DNA of 63,864 bases, the filler included, from Rhabdomonas costata (Eukaryota): the NCBI GenBank assembly GCA_019059605.1. It is 47 parts of 47 records of this genome, joined end to end, with 100 filler letters (N's around TTAATTAATTAA, not from the genome) between each part and the next. Parts side by side here need not be neighbours in the genome. Positions count along the whole stretch, not along the records: positions 1 to 1,261 come from JAHMHO010021515.1; positions 1,362 to 2,622 come from JAHMHO010021516.1; positions 2,723 to 3,985 come from JAHMHO010021517.1; positions 4,086 to 5,349 come from JAHMHO010021518.1; positions 5,450 to 6,710 come from JAHMHO010021519.1; positions 6,811 to 8,071 come from JAHMHO010021520.1; positions 8,172 to 9,432 come from JAHMHO010021521.1; positions 9,533 to 10,792 come from JAHMHO010021522.1; 39 more parts are not named here. One strand, given 5' to 3'. The position numbers and the translations under genes are program-made. Below, piece by piece: positions 1 to 11,005 of the stretch. Position 1 is the stretch's first letter; each line of letters starts with the position of its first letter. The notes beneath the pieces were generated by a model. It was given only the letters and a program-made list of their open reading frames with translations, was not told the origin of the DNA and ran no database searches.

Positions 1-720
1 GTGTGGGTGTAATGGGTAATCATGGCTCACGTGTGCTCAGCCTGTGGAAGGGCGCCGTTCAGTCGCTGGTTGAGCGAGATTTTGTAGGGTTGAAAACTTT
101 TGCAACTTCAAATCGGGCTTGCGGGCTGTTTGGGTCTGCACCGTCCTTGAACGCTGGGAAGCCAGCTGGGGGGTGAGGGAGGGAGTTGCGGGGAAGAGTC
201 CCTCCTACGCCCTCCGCCCACCCCCCCACTGCCGAGTTAATCTGAAACCCGGAATATTAAACCCGGAATTCTGGGTTTGGGCCAAAAACGGACCCTCTCC
301 CTAAAAGGCCTTTGTGCTTTCTGTTGTTTATTAACTTGTGGTTAAATTGAGAATTATAACAGAAGAAATGGCAGGAGGGCCACATGGACCAGGGCATGTG
401 AGTCGAAGAAATGCGTGGGGTGACGATGCTCATGCAAGGGGGTCGGGGGGGGGGGGGGGCGGAGCCCCGCCCCCGGACAACTGAAGTGGAGTTAGTTGTC
501 CCCACTGCTCCTCACCCTCCCACGGTCCGTTTGCTCATTTCCTGCTATTCTATTGGAATTCCAAGGAGAATGTAGTTAGCGCTGTTGTTTTGGTTACAGG
601 CCACGTCACAGATTGGATGAATGAACTAATTTTAATATGTGGTGGGGAAGCAGTTTACTAGTTGATTTCAGTTGACCCAGATAGGTTAATGCAGAAGGCT
701 TTCACCTTCATTACCCGCAG

Positions 721-841
721 ACCTCAAGGTCGCCACGCACCGTGCGTTGAGTCCCTTGGACCTGGGCCCCGCTCTGCTCAAAGCACTGATTAGCCCAACT
801 GCTCCGCACCAACGACTGATCATCATGAACGTCGGCCTTTG
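721..841 (+). CDS. Putative exon, SGNH/PC-esterase-like fragment
   Basis: CAG acceptor at 720 and GTGTGC donor at 842. Reads ..LDLGPALLKALISPTAPHQRLIIMNVGLW, which resembles the hhhNxGLW motif. Confidence 0.3.
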
Positions 842-1057
842 GTGTGCGGACAGGACAGCCGTTGCCTCCCCCTGCCCCCTTCCTCGCCCTCCCATCGTTT
901 TCCCACCTGCACGCGCACACATACACTCTTTCTCTTTCCAATTCTAGCGTCTTTTCAAAACCTGGTAGTGAGCTATTATCCATTACCCTTATCCGTTCTG
1001 AAGGCTCGCAAAACAGAAGTCACAAGTGGAGGTGACTTTTTTGCGCTGGCGCATTGG

Positions 1058-1252
1058 TGAATGATGATGAGTTTTCGGGCATTTTTGTCACTCAGCCACT
1101 GACCCAAGCTCCCTGCAAATATAACGGTTTGGATGACCTTTGTTATTGCTGGTTCTGGCGTGGTGTGGCGTGGCTCTTCCCCACCGTTATATTTGCAGGG
1201 AGCTTGGGTCAGTGGCTGAGTGACAAAAATGCCCGAAAACTCATCATCATTA
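1058..1252. repeat. Terminal fold-back inverted repeat (about 70-bp arms), probable amplification chimera
   Basis: Essentially perfect inverted copy running to the contig end. Confidence 0.8.
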
Positions 1253-1261
1253 ACCAACACA

Positions 1262-1361
1262 NNNNNNNNNNNNNNNNNNNNNNNNNNNNNNNNNNNNNNN
1301 NNNNNTTAATTAATTAANNNNNNNNNNNNNNNNNNNNNNNNNNNNNNNNNNNNNNNNNNNN
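1262..1361. other. Artificial contig spacer (first of 46 identical ones, about every 1.36 kb)
   Basis: 44 N + TTAATTAATTAA + 44 N recurs throughout. Contigs either side are unrelated and nearly equal in length, as in a length-sorted assembly. Confidence 0.99.
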
Positions 1362-1485
1362 TTGAGCGACGAGACGACGGGTTTGGTGTTCCACGGATTT
1401 AAACACTACAGCATCGCTGGTGCCGAATCAAGCAGCAGCGGAAACGGCGAATCGTAATGGCAAAGTCCATGTCAATACAGCAGAC

Positions 1486-1625
1486 CAGGGCGGTAGTCAG
1501 CGTAATCCTGCCCTTTGTTCTTAATCTCTGTGCGGTGATCGTCGCAGTTTAGCAGCTCGTACTTCCGCCCCACCTTCTCGCTCTCCAGCCAGCAGTGCTC
1601 CAAAACAACAATCAACCGCTTCCAC
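1486..1625 (-). CDS. EMG1: Exon of rRNA small-subunit methyltransferase Nep1/EMG1
   Basis: WKRLIVVLEHCWLESEKVGRKYELLNCDDH..YRP matches the EMG1 N-terminal RLIVVLE..LE..KVG..YELLNCD.H..RPD motif. Bounded by AG and GTCTGC. Confidence 0.92.
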
Positions 1626-2316
1626 CTAGGTAGCACACCGAGAGGAGGATGCCAACCAGAAGCATAGCAAGAAGTCACAAGCACAACGTTTCATCGCCCT
1701 TCACTTGGCGAACAACACAACAAAAGAGTCCTTCAGAAGCAGCCCCGAAACAACTCGTTTTGGGGGGGAGGGCAGCACTAAACGACCGAACAAAGTCACA
1801 TTGGCAATGTTATTTATATTGGGAAAACAAGATGACGTTATGTATATTGTTCTATATAACACCATTTTAGCCTTGTTCAAAGAATTAACGGTTCCGAATC
1901 CCCAGGCAGAAGGAAATCGTGAGCATCATCTTTACAGTGCGGCAGATGACTTGACAACCCAGCCCCCCCGTGAAGGAAGAAAGCAGGCAAACTGTCTGCA
2001 GTTAATGTCGCAGACACAAGCCACAATCACAAAAATCATCACTCAAAGTATTCTCTTGCAATGGCATAGACACGGTTTGGGCTGGGTCGGCTCTTCCGGA
2101 AATCTGGAATCCCAAGGTTGGTCTTCGGTTATCACGTTTTGTGTCAAAGGGTCATTATGGGCGCCGAACTACCCATTCTTGAGCACCACTGGTAAACATA
2201 AGACCCCATGTGAACACCTCTGCCTCCCTTACATGTCCCAAGAGGCACCTAGTCAAGTGGCTTCTGGATTTCACTTCCGACACCGAGGGTTGGGGATTCC
2301 AGCACGCATACAAGAC

Positions 2317-2374
2317 ATGCTCGAGGCTGCCGAGGGCTTCACGATCTTCGGCGGAGGCAACATTCGAGCCAAAT
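2317..2374 (-). CDS. Possible upstream EMG1 exon
   Basis: AG/GT-bounded 58-nt exon (LARMLPPPKIVKPSAASSM) in phase with the exon at 1625. Confidence 0.4.
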
Positions 2375-2722
2375 CTGCGTTCCAGAAGAAATTAATGAAC
2401 GAAAACCTGTCCCCCAAACCCCACACTCCCCTTCTCAAGCAACATCTTCAGGATTTCCGGCCTGAAACATTCCCCGGCCGTAGATGAGGCCCTCTTGGTG
2501 AGCAGAAGCTGCCTGATCCACGAGAAGAAGTGCTGGTGTGTGCAAGCTTTTGCCTGCACAAAGCCGAGGTGATGCGGAAAACAATATATGCCCGCCCAAA
2601 CGAGCACTGAAACCAACCCCACNNNNNNNNNNNNNNNNNNNNNNNNNNNNNNNNNNNNNNNNNNNNTTAATTAATTAANNNNNNNNNNNNNNNNNNNNNN
2701 NNNNNNNNNNNNNNNNNNNNNN

Positions 2723-3274
2723 ACACACCTTCTACAAGCAGCTGCTCGTATGTTTTGATTCCCTCGGCCAAAACTATTTCGGCCAGATCCACCTTGCTCA
2801 TCTTTTGGGGCTTTTCATCCGCCGCAGTGGGATCTAATGGCTCAGTTCCTTCAGCCAGGAACCTTCTCACACCGGATCGCCTAGCTCTCGATGCTTCTTC
2901 CGTCCTGGGTCTGGCAACCATCTCCGGGTGACCAGGACTTTTCACCACATCATGGTCACTTTTAGTGACATACGCAAGCGCATGGTAGTAGTTGGAACCT
3001 TCAGGAGGGGCCGAAAAATTAGCATAGATTCCATCAGCCCGAAGCAAAGCTGCAACCCTGGCAAATCTGTAGGAACGTCGAAGCTTCAGAGCTAAATGAT
3101 AGTGAAAGCCCCCTTCTGAGTGAGATTCCTTTGCTGAGCACCAGCAAACAACGACGTTGCCAAAGCACTGAAAAAAAAGCGCCTGCGACTTTGTGCAAAA
3201 TCTTCCTTGCTGCCAACAGAAGCGGCTCTTTCGGCGTGAGAAAGTGTTACTAAGTAAACCATTTCTTGTGCCAT
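2723..3274 (-). mobile_element. rep: HUH-endonuclease rolling-circle Rep gene (CRESS/pCRESS-like), frameshifted and 3'-truncated by the contig end
   Basis: Motif I VYLVTLS, motif II KESHSEGGFHYHLAL and motif III YVTK appear in the correct order. Net frameshift near 3170-3200. No introns. Confidence 0.85.
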
Positions 3275-4572
3275 GGCCTTGATAAAGAAAAAAGTAAAGG
3301 AAAGTGGCCTTGAGAACCCATTAAACGGCACAAAAGCACACAAAACAGCATTTAAAGATCATAAAATCATTTCATTTTCATGGAATAATGCGTTTTGCGC
3401 TGCAGGCACAGTCCACACCGAGGTTACCAATTGAAATTGTCTTTCTGATGAAGATTTTTCCAAACTTCACGCCGATCTTGATGCATTTTCTGTCACCGGT
3501 CACCCAGACAACGTTTTCCAAAATACTTTGAACACAGCAAGGTTTTTACCCCCTCCCCCCCCAGGAATCAATGTTGAATTGCTTGGGAATAAAATTCAAC
3601 ATTGAAAATTGGGGGGGGGAGGGGGGTGTTCAATTCCATTATGGAAAACGTTGTCTGAAAATGACTTTTTCGCAACGGCGGATTCCCAACATCGAAAGTC
3701 ACATTTAAAACGCCCGAAAAAATGCATTGCATCAAGAGCCTTCGGCGTCGCTCCGCTCCGTGCTAATGCTACCATAATAGGGCAAGTCAAAGGTCAGAAT
3801 GGAGACAACACGATGATTTTTCAGTCCGGTTTGTCGTCTGAACCAACAGACAACATGATTTTCGGTTCGAAGAATACGGTAAAGATTTTGGCGGGTGGTA
3901 CAAACAGAAGCCCCAGAAAGCAGCAGTCATATATAATCAAGAGCAAGACTTTGCAGTTCAGTAAGAGCTGCGACCGCCTTTCATGNNNNNNNNNNNNNNN
4001 NNNNNNNNNNNNNNNNNNNNNNNNNNNNNTTAATTAATTAANNNNNNNNNNNNNNNNNNNNNNNNNNNNNNNNNNNNNNNNNNNNGTTGTGGCCCCTACT
4101 ATGCTGCCAAGGGTGAAAAAGCGGCCTTTTGAAACTCACAATATTGAAACATTAAGTGTCTTAAATTGTCAATATTATGTTTCCCGTGTGGTCAAGAAGC
4201 CAGGGCTCTATGGGATTGCGGCTGATTTTCTGGCTCAACACCGACCTTAAGTGGGAACGGGGGCCGGATAAATGGGGAACAAACAGGCCAAAAAACGGCA
4301 GTGGCGAAGGCGTCATTGTCAGTGGAACAGGATATTTTCAAACTCTTAATGCTTGTGTTTAGCGAAAATTAGCGAAACACTGCAAACGAGAACGCAATCC
4401 ACTATTTTTGAATGACTTCTTTTTTGAATCGAGGTTTACCATTACTTCAACGCACACTGCTCACTGCAGGTTGTGTGGTATTTTTAACACACTATGAAGC
4501 GCTATTGATGCTTCCATGTTTTACCTTCACGCCAGTGAAGCTAAATTTTGACGCAAGCGTGCCTTCACGCAG

Positions 4573-5281
4573 GCAACTTGAACAAGTACCTGTACGAGAC
4601 CGTGCCAGATCCACACATTTCCCTCACAGAGCTCGGCCAAGGTGTGCGCTTCATGGAATGTGAGTCCTGTCCCGTAAACGAATGTGCAATGGTTCCGAAA
4701 AAGCAAATGGGTTGCTTTCCTTATTCGATTTGAATTTCCTGCACGTACACCTTGGGATGGTTTGAAGGTTGGAGCCTTTTTCCCAAACTGGGATCTAAGA
4801 GCACCTTTTTCATGGTTGCACCCGAAAAACAATCAACTGCTAGAAGGATATTCGGTTTGATCCTTTTCGTTTGCAAAGCAGGTTATATGGGTTTGCAAAG
4901 GCATGGAAAGGGAGTTTTAAAGTTCAAGAGCGTTTGCTTGGAAGAGCTTATGGTACCGAAGATGCTTTTGCACTGATGATTGCACAACTCCCCTACACTA
5001 ATTTGTCCACTTGAAGTGCATGAATAAACCCTTAGCCGTTTCGCGTACCACAGCGGATTTTGGGTTGATGATGTGTTGTCGTTGTGTGTGTGTGTGTGTG
5101 TGCTTTGACGCGCCCCTCAGCGCAGGCGCTGGCCTGTGGGCGAAGACTGAAGGCGTTGGTGGGTGATCAACGGGTAGCCTTCTACGCGTCCCCGTTCCGG
5201 CGCACGCTGCAGACGCTGTGCGGTGTGAAGCAGGCGTTATGCCCGGACCAGATCGTCCGCGTGGATCGGGTGGATCCCAGG
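4573..5281 (+). CDS. Histidine phosphatase / phosphoglycerate-mutase family; exons 4573-4641 and 5121-5281
   Basis: The spliced product GNLNKYLYETVPDPHISLTELGQAQALACGRRLK..FYASPFRRTLQT..DPR carries the LT..G..QA and SP..R..QT motifs. The GT-AG intron is in phase. Confidence 0.88.
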
Positions 5282-5449
5282 GTGTGTGTGCCTGTGAAAG
5301 TCGAGGTGGTGGGTGGTAATAGTCGAGGTGGTGGGTGACACCACCCCCCNNNNNNNNNNNNNNNNNNNNNNNNNNNNNNNNNNNNNNNNNNNNTTAATTA
5401 ATTAANNNNNNNNNNNNNNNNNNNNNNNNNNNNNNNNNNNNNNNNNNNN

Positions 5450-5553
5450 GGTTGGTTGTCAAATCTCATGTATATGAAAAATAAATACTATCACACATTT
5501 TATACATTATGTTATGGTATTTATTTTTCATATACATGAGATTTGACAACCAA
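5450..5553. repeat. Terminal fold-back inverted repeat, probable amplification chimera
   Basis: About 37-bp perfect inverted arms at the contig start. Confidence 0.75.
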
Positions 5554-5579
5554 TGACATGTTAAATTTGTGTTGTAAAT

Positions 5580-5621
5580 AAATTAATTAATTTTTTCTAG
5601 TCATAAAAAATTAATTAATTT
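5580..5621 (-). terminator. AT-only hairpin (17-bp stem, 8-nt loop) directly after the nifS stop; candidate Mimiviridae-type 3'-end signal
   Basis: AAATTAATTAATTTTTT-ctagtcat-AAAAAATTAATTAATTT abuts the TAA at 5622-5624. Confidence 0.65.
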
Positions 5622-6710
5622 TTACATACTTTGTTGTAATATTTTTGTTAATGAAGCAATAAAATATTTACAATCTTCTAACGTTGTATAATCAGACATT
5701 GATATACGTATAATTTTATTCGAATAACTAGGATTAATTTTCATAGATGCTAATACATGTGATAAATTACCAGCATGACATGCACTACCAACTGAAACAT
5801 AAATATTATATTCACTTAATTTTGCAACTAAAGTTTTATTACACATTTTAAGATCTTCAAATATAATAGCTATTGTATTGTCCATAGAATTACGTTTATA
5901 AGGACCAACGATCAACACATTAAATTTATTTAATTCACGTAATAACCAAAATTTTAATTTACGAACTTTACAATTTTTTTTATCTCTGTCTATATGAACT
6001 TTCTCAAATGCTTTTGTTAATCCAGATATATAAGCAACATTTGGTGTTCCTGGACGTAATCCATTTTCTATCGAACCACCAAAACATAAACTTACAATAT
6101 GTACATTACTATCAATATACATGATACCAATTCCTTTAGGACCATGAAATTTATGAGCTGAAAAACTTAATGAACTAATATAATTAAGTTTAGGATATAT
6201 TATTTTTTTACCTATCGATTGTGTAACATCTGTATGAAATAAAATACCATGACGATGTGCAATTTGACCTATTTCATCTATTTTTTGCATGGATAATACT
6301 AATTAAAATAACTTTACTAGTTGGTTTTTGAATTGCTTGTTCGACATCAATTGGTCGTATACATCCATAATATGGATTTTGATCAGCTGGTAAATCAATA
6401 TTTGGATCAATCCAACTAACAGTAATACGATCTGGATTATTAGATTCATAATGTTTAAAAATATTAAGAACACTTGGATGTTCAAATGAAGATGTTATAA
6501 CTGTATATTTATCTGTTTTATTTTGAGATAAATAATAATTAATAACACCTTGAATAAAAATATTATTAGATTCAGTAGCACCAGATGTAAAATAAATTTC
6601 ATTTGGTAAAACTTTTAACATTTTAGAAATAACATGTCTACAGAACTCAATATGATTATGTGCTTTTAATCCAAAATTATGTAATATATTAGATGGATTT
6701 CCACAACACC
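5622..6710 (-). CDS. nifS: Cysteine desulfurase (NifS/IscS, PLP class V), 5'-partial, with a frameshifting deletion near 6285; AT-rich and intronless, possibly giant-virus-derived
   Basis: Motifs GNPS, FTSGATESNN, EHPSV, HTDVTQSIGK, SAHKFHGPKG (PLP Lys), RPGT and GSAC (catalytic Cys). Split across ORFs 6274-6621 and 5622-6290. Confidence 0.93.
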
Positions 6711-6899
6711 NNNNNNNNNNNNNNNNNNNNNNNNNNNNNNNNNNNNNNNNNNNNTTAATTAATTAANNNNNNNNNNNNNNNNNNNNNNNNNNNNNNNNNN
6801 NNNNNNNNNNGGGTTTGGGGTGGGCGAGCATCGAAACGTGGCTGTGCCGCTGCCTTTTTTTTTGCCGAATAAGTGAGAAGCAGGCTTGTGGGTGGCACA

Positions 6900-8071
6900 A
6901 TGGGCACGGACTCGGCTCCAAGCGGCGGCGCCTCCCTTGGAGTACAGCTGGCGAGCAGCGCGGTGAGCAGCGCAGCGGCAGGGATGCTGGGGCGGCTGCC
7001 ATGCCACCCCATGGACACGTGCAAGGCCAAGCTGCAAGCCTGGCGGGGCACGGACAGGCCCTCCCTGGGAGCCTTTGTGAGGCAGACCTGGGCTTCTGAG
7101 GGCCTGGGGGGCTTCTACCGCGGGTACGCAATGCGGGGGAAGTGGGAGGGGTTGGCAAAAATGCACATGAATGAAGAAACGATTGTTAAAGTGAACGTTA
7201 ATTCATGAATGGTGTCTCCAAGTCGGGTTCTTCGGTCCGCCGTAGAGTGCTGCTGTGCGGGTGTACATTCGAGGGTTGCGAGTCAAGAGGGAAATAAGAG
7301 TTTTCAGAGTTTTGTGCTGTGAGGGGACAGCCTCTCTCTTTCCGCTGACGGGGACAGAAAAGGCAGGACTGTATATAAAGTAGGGAATGAGAGGAGGAGG
7401 GCAAAAACCTCCATTGAATGCAACGCGCAAACTCGTGTGTCCTTGTTGCCGGGGGACAATGTCGCGATACAGTGAAGTGTGCCCCTTATGCTCTCCTCTA
7501 CCATTCACCCCCCCCCCCCAAAAGAACAATCCTGTTTTCTCGTAAGGGCTCTTGAAAAAGCTCCCCATATTGTGTGTCTGTGTGTTGCCTTCGTCCTCAC
7601 ATGGCAGGCTTCCGATTGCAGTGCTGGGTAGCGGTCCGGCAACCTGCCTTTACCTCTCTTCATACGAGCTAGCCAAGCGCGGGCTTGCTGGGATTCCTTA
7701 TCTCCGTGATAGCGCTGGTCTCACGCACTTCTTTGCGGTGTGTATACGTCAGTGGGTTGCTTCCACCTTTGCTGTGTGCCTTTCTAGTGATCACAGGGTC
7801 GAACTTGTATCTTATCTTTCTAGAGTTAGAAAATTTAAATATGTTGCGGGTGCTTTCGCAAACACGCAAGAAGTGGCGCAAAAGGGATAAAAAAGAGCCC
7901 CCAAGTGGCACCACTACCGGCCGAGGGTGAAAAGGTTAGAAAATTCTGACCTCAGATTGGCCACGCGACGTTTCGGGAGGCATGCTGTGTATACAAAATA
8001 CCCCATAAGTGTTCACTTTTGACGACCGTGATCGCTATTCCAGGGCTTTGCGGCGGAGGCAGCGAGTTGTG
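6900..8071 (+). CDS. Mitochondrial carrier (SLC25); exons 6900-7123, 7608-7737 and 8044-end
   Basis: Signature HPMDTCKAKLQ, then EGLGGFYRG|LPIAVLGSGPATCLYLSSYE..FFA|GFAAEAASC. Two in-phase GT-AG introns. Confidence 0.93.
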
Positions 8072-8455
8072 NNNNNNNNNNNNNNNNNNNNNNNNNNNNN
8101 NNNNNNNNNNNNNNNTTAATTAATTAANNNNNNNNNNNNNNNNNNNNNNNNNNNNNNNNNNNNNNNNNNNNGTGTTTTGTTTTGTGCCGGTTGCCTTTAG
8201 AAGTCGTTCTCCGAGGAGAGGACGCCTGAGGCTCTATGATCTCAGTATCCTTCACAAACAGGGACGAGGGGACGATGGAGTTTCTTATGGCCCAGCGCAT
8301 TGGTTTGGTTTGCGTGTCCGCGTCTGCGTGTCCGTGCTCAGGACACTTGAAAAATATAGTAACAAAAATGCACCCAGTGTTTGAATTGCCGTGGTTTCGT
8401 GGCATCTCATTCCTACTGCATCGAAAAACTGACCCCCTCCCCTGTCACCTTGTAG

Positions 8456-8586
8456 CGGCACTACATGTGTCCTTCGACTCAGATCTGGCGAGGGTTCTGA
8501 AGGAAGGCCGCGCTTTTCCTTTGAACGAGGATCTGGTGTCTCACCTCATCTATCAGCTCTTGGTTGGCCTTCATCACATGCACACC
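8456..8586 (+). CDS. Exon of a CMGC (MAPK-like) protein kinase, subdomains V-VIa
   Basis: FDSDLARVLK..LNEDLVSHLIYQLLVGLHHMHT, bounded by AG and GTATGC. Confidence 0.75.
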
Positions 8587-9877
8587 GTATGCCTTTCGTT
8601 TCGGGCGGTTTCGTTCTCTCCATCTCTCCCTTTCTGCCCAGTCGAAATCGAATGAAACGGTATGAAAAGAATCAGCTCCCCTGCCTCTGACTAGGTTTGC
8701 CACTAGGGTGACATGGGCATTTGCCTCGACGTGCATAACAAACCATGACAGAAATTGTAGAATGTGGAGTGTATGGTGTAGGTGAGGGGGCACCTGTTCA
8801 ACCTGGTACCCGTTCACCTGAGGCCTGCCTTTGCAACTGGTGGACTTGCAGGGTGATGGAGGGCGATGCAAGATGCCGGAGAATGTGAGCTGAAGCTTCG
8901 AAACGTCTTGGCAGGCGAAGCACTGTTCAGCACGGAGTTGATTAGAGTTGTAGGTTATACGGGCGATGTATGGTCCGAGTGTTACGGACGATGGTGAAAT
9001 ATTCGCCAAGTGAATTATGCGGTGCCCTCCCCCCCTTCCACTGAAATAGACGGCCTCCAACGGGAGGTGGGAGCCCCCTGTGGGGGGAGCCCCTCCCCCG
9101 CATCTGCAGAGTCTATCTAACCAAATGGACCTAAATAACACGTGATGTCTCAAGAAGCCTCAAGAAGCCTCAAGAAGTTTTTGTCGCGTAGGTTTCTTCA
9201 GGGCCCACAGCAACGTTGGAAAAGACCACCAAGACCAAGGGCTATTTTGGACTCACAAGAAAACATGTTGCGCTTGATTAATGTCCTGTCCTGTCTTACG
9301 ATCGCTGATAAGGGCATAGGAACACACACACCCTTTGATTTGTGTGTAGTTCTGCACCCGAACTGAATCCCCCCGCATGCTAAGCACAACGGTTCTCTTT
9401 GTATCACTGTCGCCTCCTCCCTCCCCCCACAANNNNNNNNNNNNNNNNNNNNNNNNNNNNNNNNNNNNNNNNNNNNTTAATTAATTAANNNNNNNNNNNN
9501 NNNNNNNNNNNNNNNNNNNNNNNNNNNNNNNNCCCCCCCCCCAACTTCCATTGCACCCAAAATGAGTTACCGGGGTTGCGGTAGGCAGAGATTGAAACAT
9601 TGCCTAGTGCTTTTAGCCGGCTTTTCAACCTTCAAACGGATTTTGAATGCTTTTAGCCAATCAAGAGACGTGATCTGGGAAATGATGTTTCCAATCCAGT
9701 TGTGATCGGGATTCGATGGTTGGTGGGCAGATCTCTTGCCGAATGATCCCTTCGAGCTTTCCGGCGAAGCTTGGTGTGATTCAGATTCTTTAAATGGCAT
9801 TACGTACTGCAATCCCATCATTTGTGTATGTGTGTATTTGTTTGAGCATGCTCATAGCATATTTTTGTACGGCTTAG

Positions 9878-10658
9878 GTTGGAGCTCCTGGTTGCCAACA
9901 AGATCATCTCTCTGGATCTTCCCATCGCGCTGGTGTACGAGCGGGTGTGGCGCAACAGCCAAGCATACCACGATGCCGGCGGGGGAGAGGCCCCGATGTT
10001 GGTGGTCTACCGCCTGCAGGGCCTGGATGGGGAGGCCACGGAGGAGATTGTCGAGGCATCTGCCCATCTCCCCTGCCCCTCCCCCAATCCCAGCAGCATC
10101 ATTCAACCAATCACGTTTAAAGTTAACTGCAGAACTTCGAAAGGAGAGCGAAAGAATCAAAGTACGACTACTAAGGCAACACTTTCAATAGATGAATCCG
10201 GAAAACTCGTGACGGGTTCTTTGTCAAGCTTCGCCTCCCCAAGGCACGTGAGAGTTTGCTTTTAAGCAACCTCTCCCCTTTCCCTTTGAGTTTGGGTGAA
10301 CGGTCTCATGACCCCTGGCTTGTTTTTGCCTTCATCGGTGGGATTATGCATTCCTCAAGGAGTAGGCATCACCTTCTCAGTCCCTGTTGCACTGCAAGTG
10401 CAACATGTCTTTTCTGCAAGACTGATGCAGCCTTGTCACAGTTCCCCCAGTTACCCCCAGGATTCCGCTTCGGCGTCCCCCGCACACCCACGCCCACGCC
10501 CACAGACCCTTGAGCCCGTGGAGCAGGACCAGGAGGAGGACGCCGCGGCGAAGTTCCAGGTCACCGATGTGGTGTCCGAGGGAGACACAGCGGACGTTCT
10601 ACTCGAGTACCTCCGCGGGGTGGACTTCCGCAGCTGCGGGGACGTGGAGCTGCAGCGG
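9878..10658 (+). CDS. UBR4: E3 ligase UBR4/BIG/Pushover fragment; exons 9878-10055 and 10506-about 10658
   Basis: [48 protein letters not shown].. is the conserved UBR4/BIG C-terminal block. The intron is GC-AG (10056-10505). Confidence 0.92.
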
Positions 10659-11005
10659 TTGACGCCCACGCGCATACGCGCACACACACATACTGCCGCT
10701 TAAGGAGAGCCGCGCAAGGCACCGTAGGAATCGATGGCCTGCCCCAGCCGCGCAGACTTTAGGTCTTCGACAGCACTGGGGCAAGACCCACCNNNNNNNN
10801 NNNNNNNNNNNNNNNNNNNNNNNNNNNNNNNNNNNNTTAATTAATTAANNNNNNNNNNNNNNNNNNNNNNNNNNNNNNNNNNNNNNNNNNNNGTGTGGGT
10901 TTTTGCCCTAGAAAAACAGAACAGAGCAACAACTCCCTTGAAACAAGATGTCTCTAGAGTGAGTAAGTTAGTGAGAGGCTGATAAGGGGCGAGGACAAAC
11001 TGGAC

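Noticed and set aside
1058-1252. Terminal inverted repeats as MITEs, miRNA hairpins or hairpin telomeres
   Set aside because: They are near-perfect, unrelated to each other, always at contig ends and occur on both host and AT-rich contigs. This is typical of amplification fold-back chimeras.
1306-1317. Regularly spaced TTAATTAATTAA palindrome as a CRISPR-like or biological repeat
   Set aside because: Always embedded in 44+44 N. It is an artificial six-frame-stop linker, and ORFs ending in ..XXXLIN are artefacts.
1705-2487. 260-aa plus-strand ORF
   Set aside because: No recognisable motif, and it lies antisense to probable EMG1 intron/exon sequence.
2723-6710. Rep, phosphatase and nifS as a linked gene cluster
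   Set aside because: They are on separate contigs ordered only by length, so no synteny can be inferred anywhere in this window.
8850-9010. VTLGPYIARITYNSNQ..QCFAC as a LINE ORF1 zinc-knuckle remnant
   Set aside because: The knuckle is incomplete and the similarity is too weak to call.
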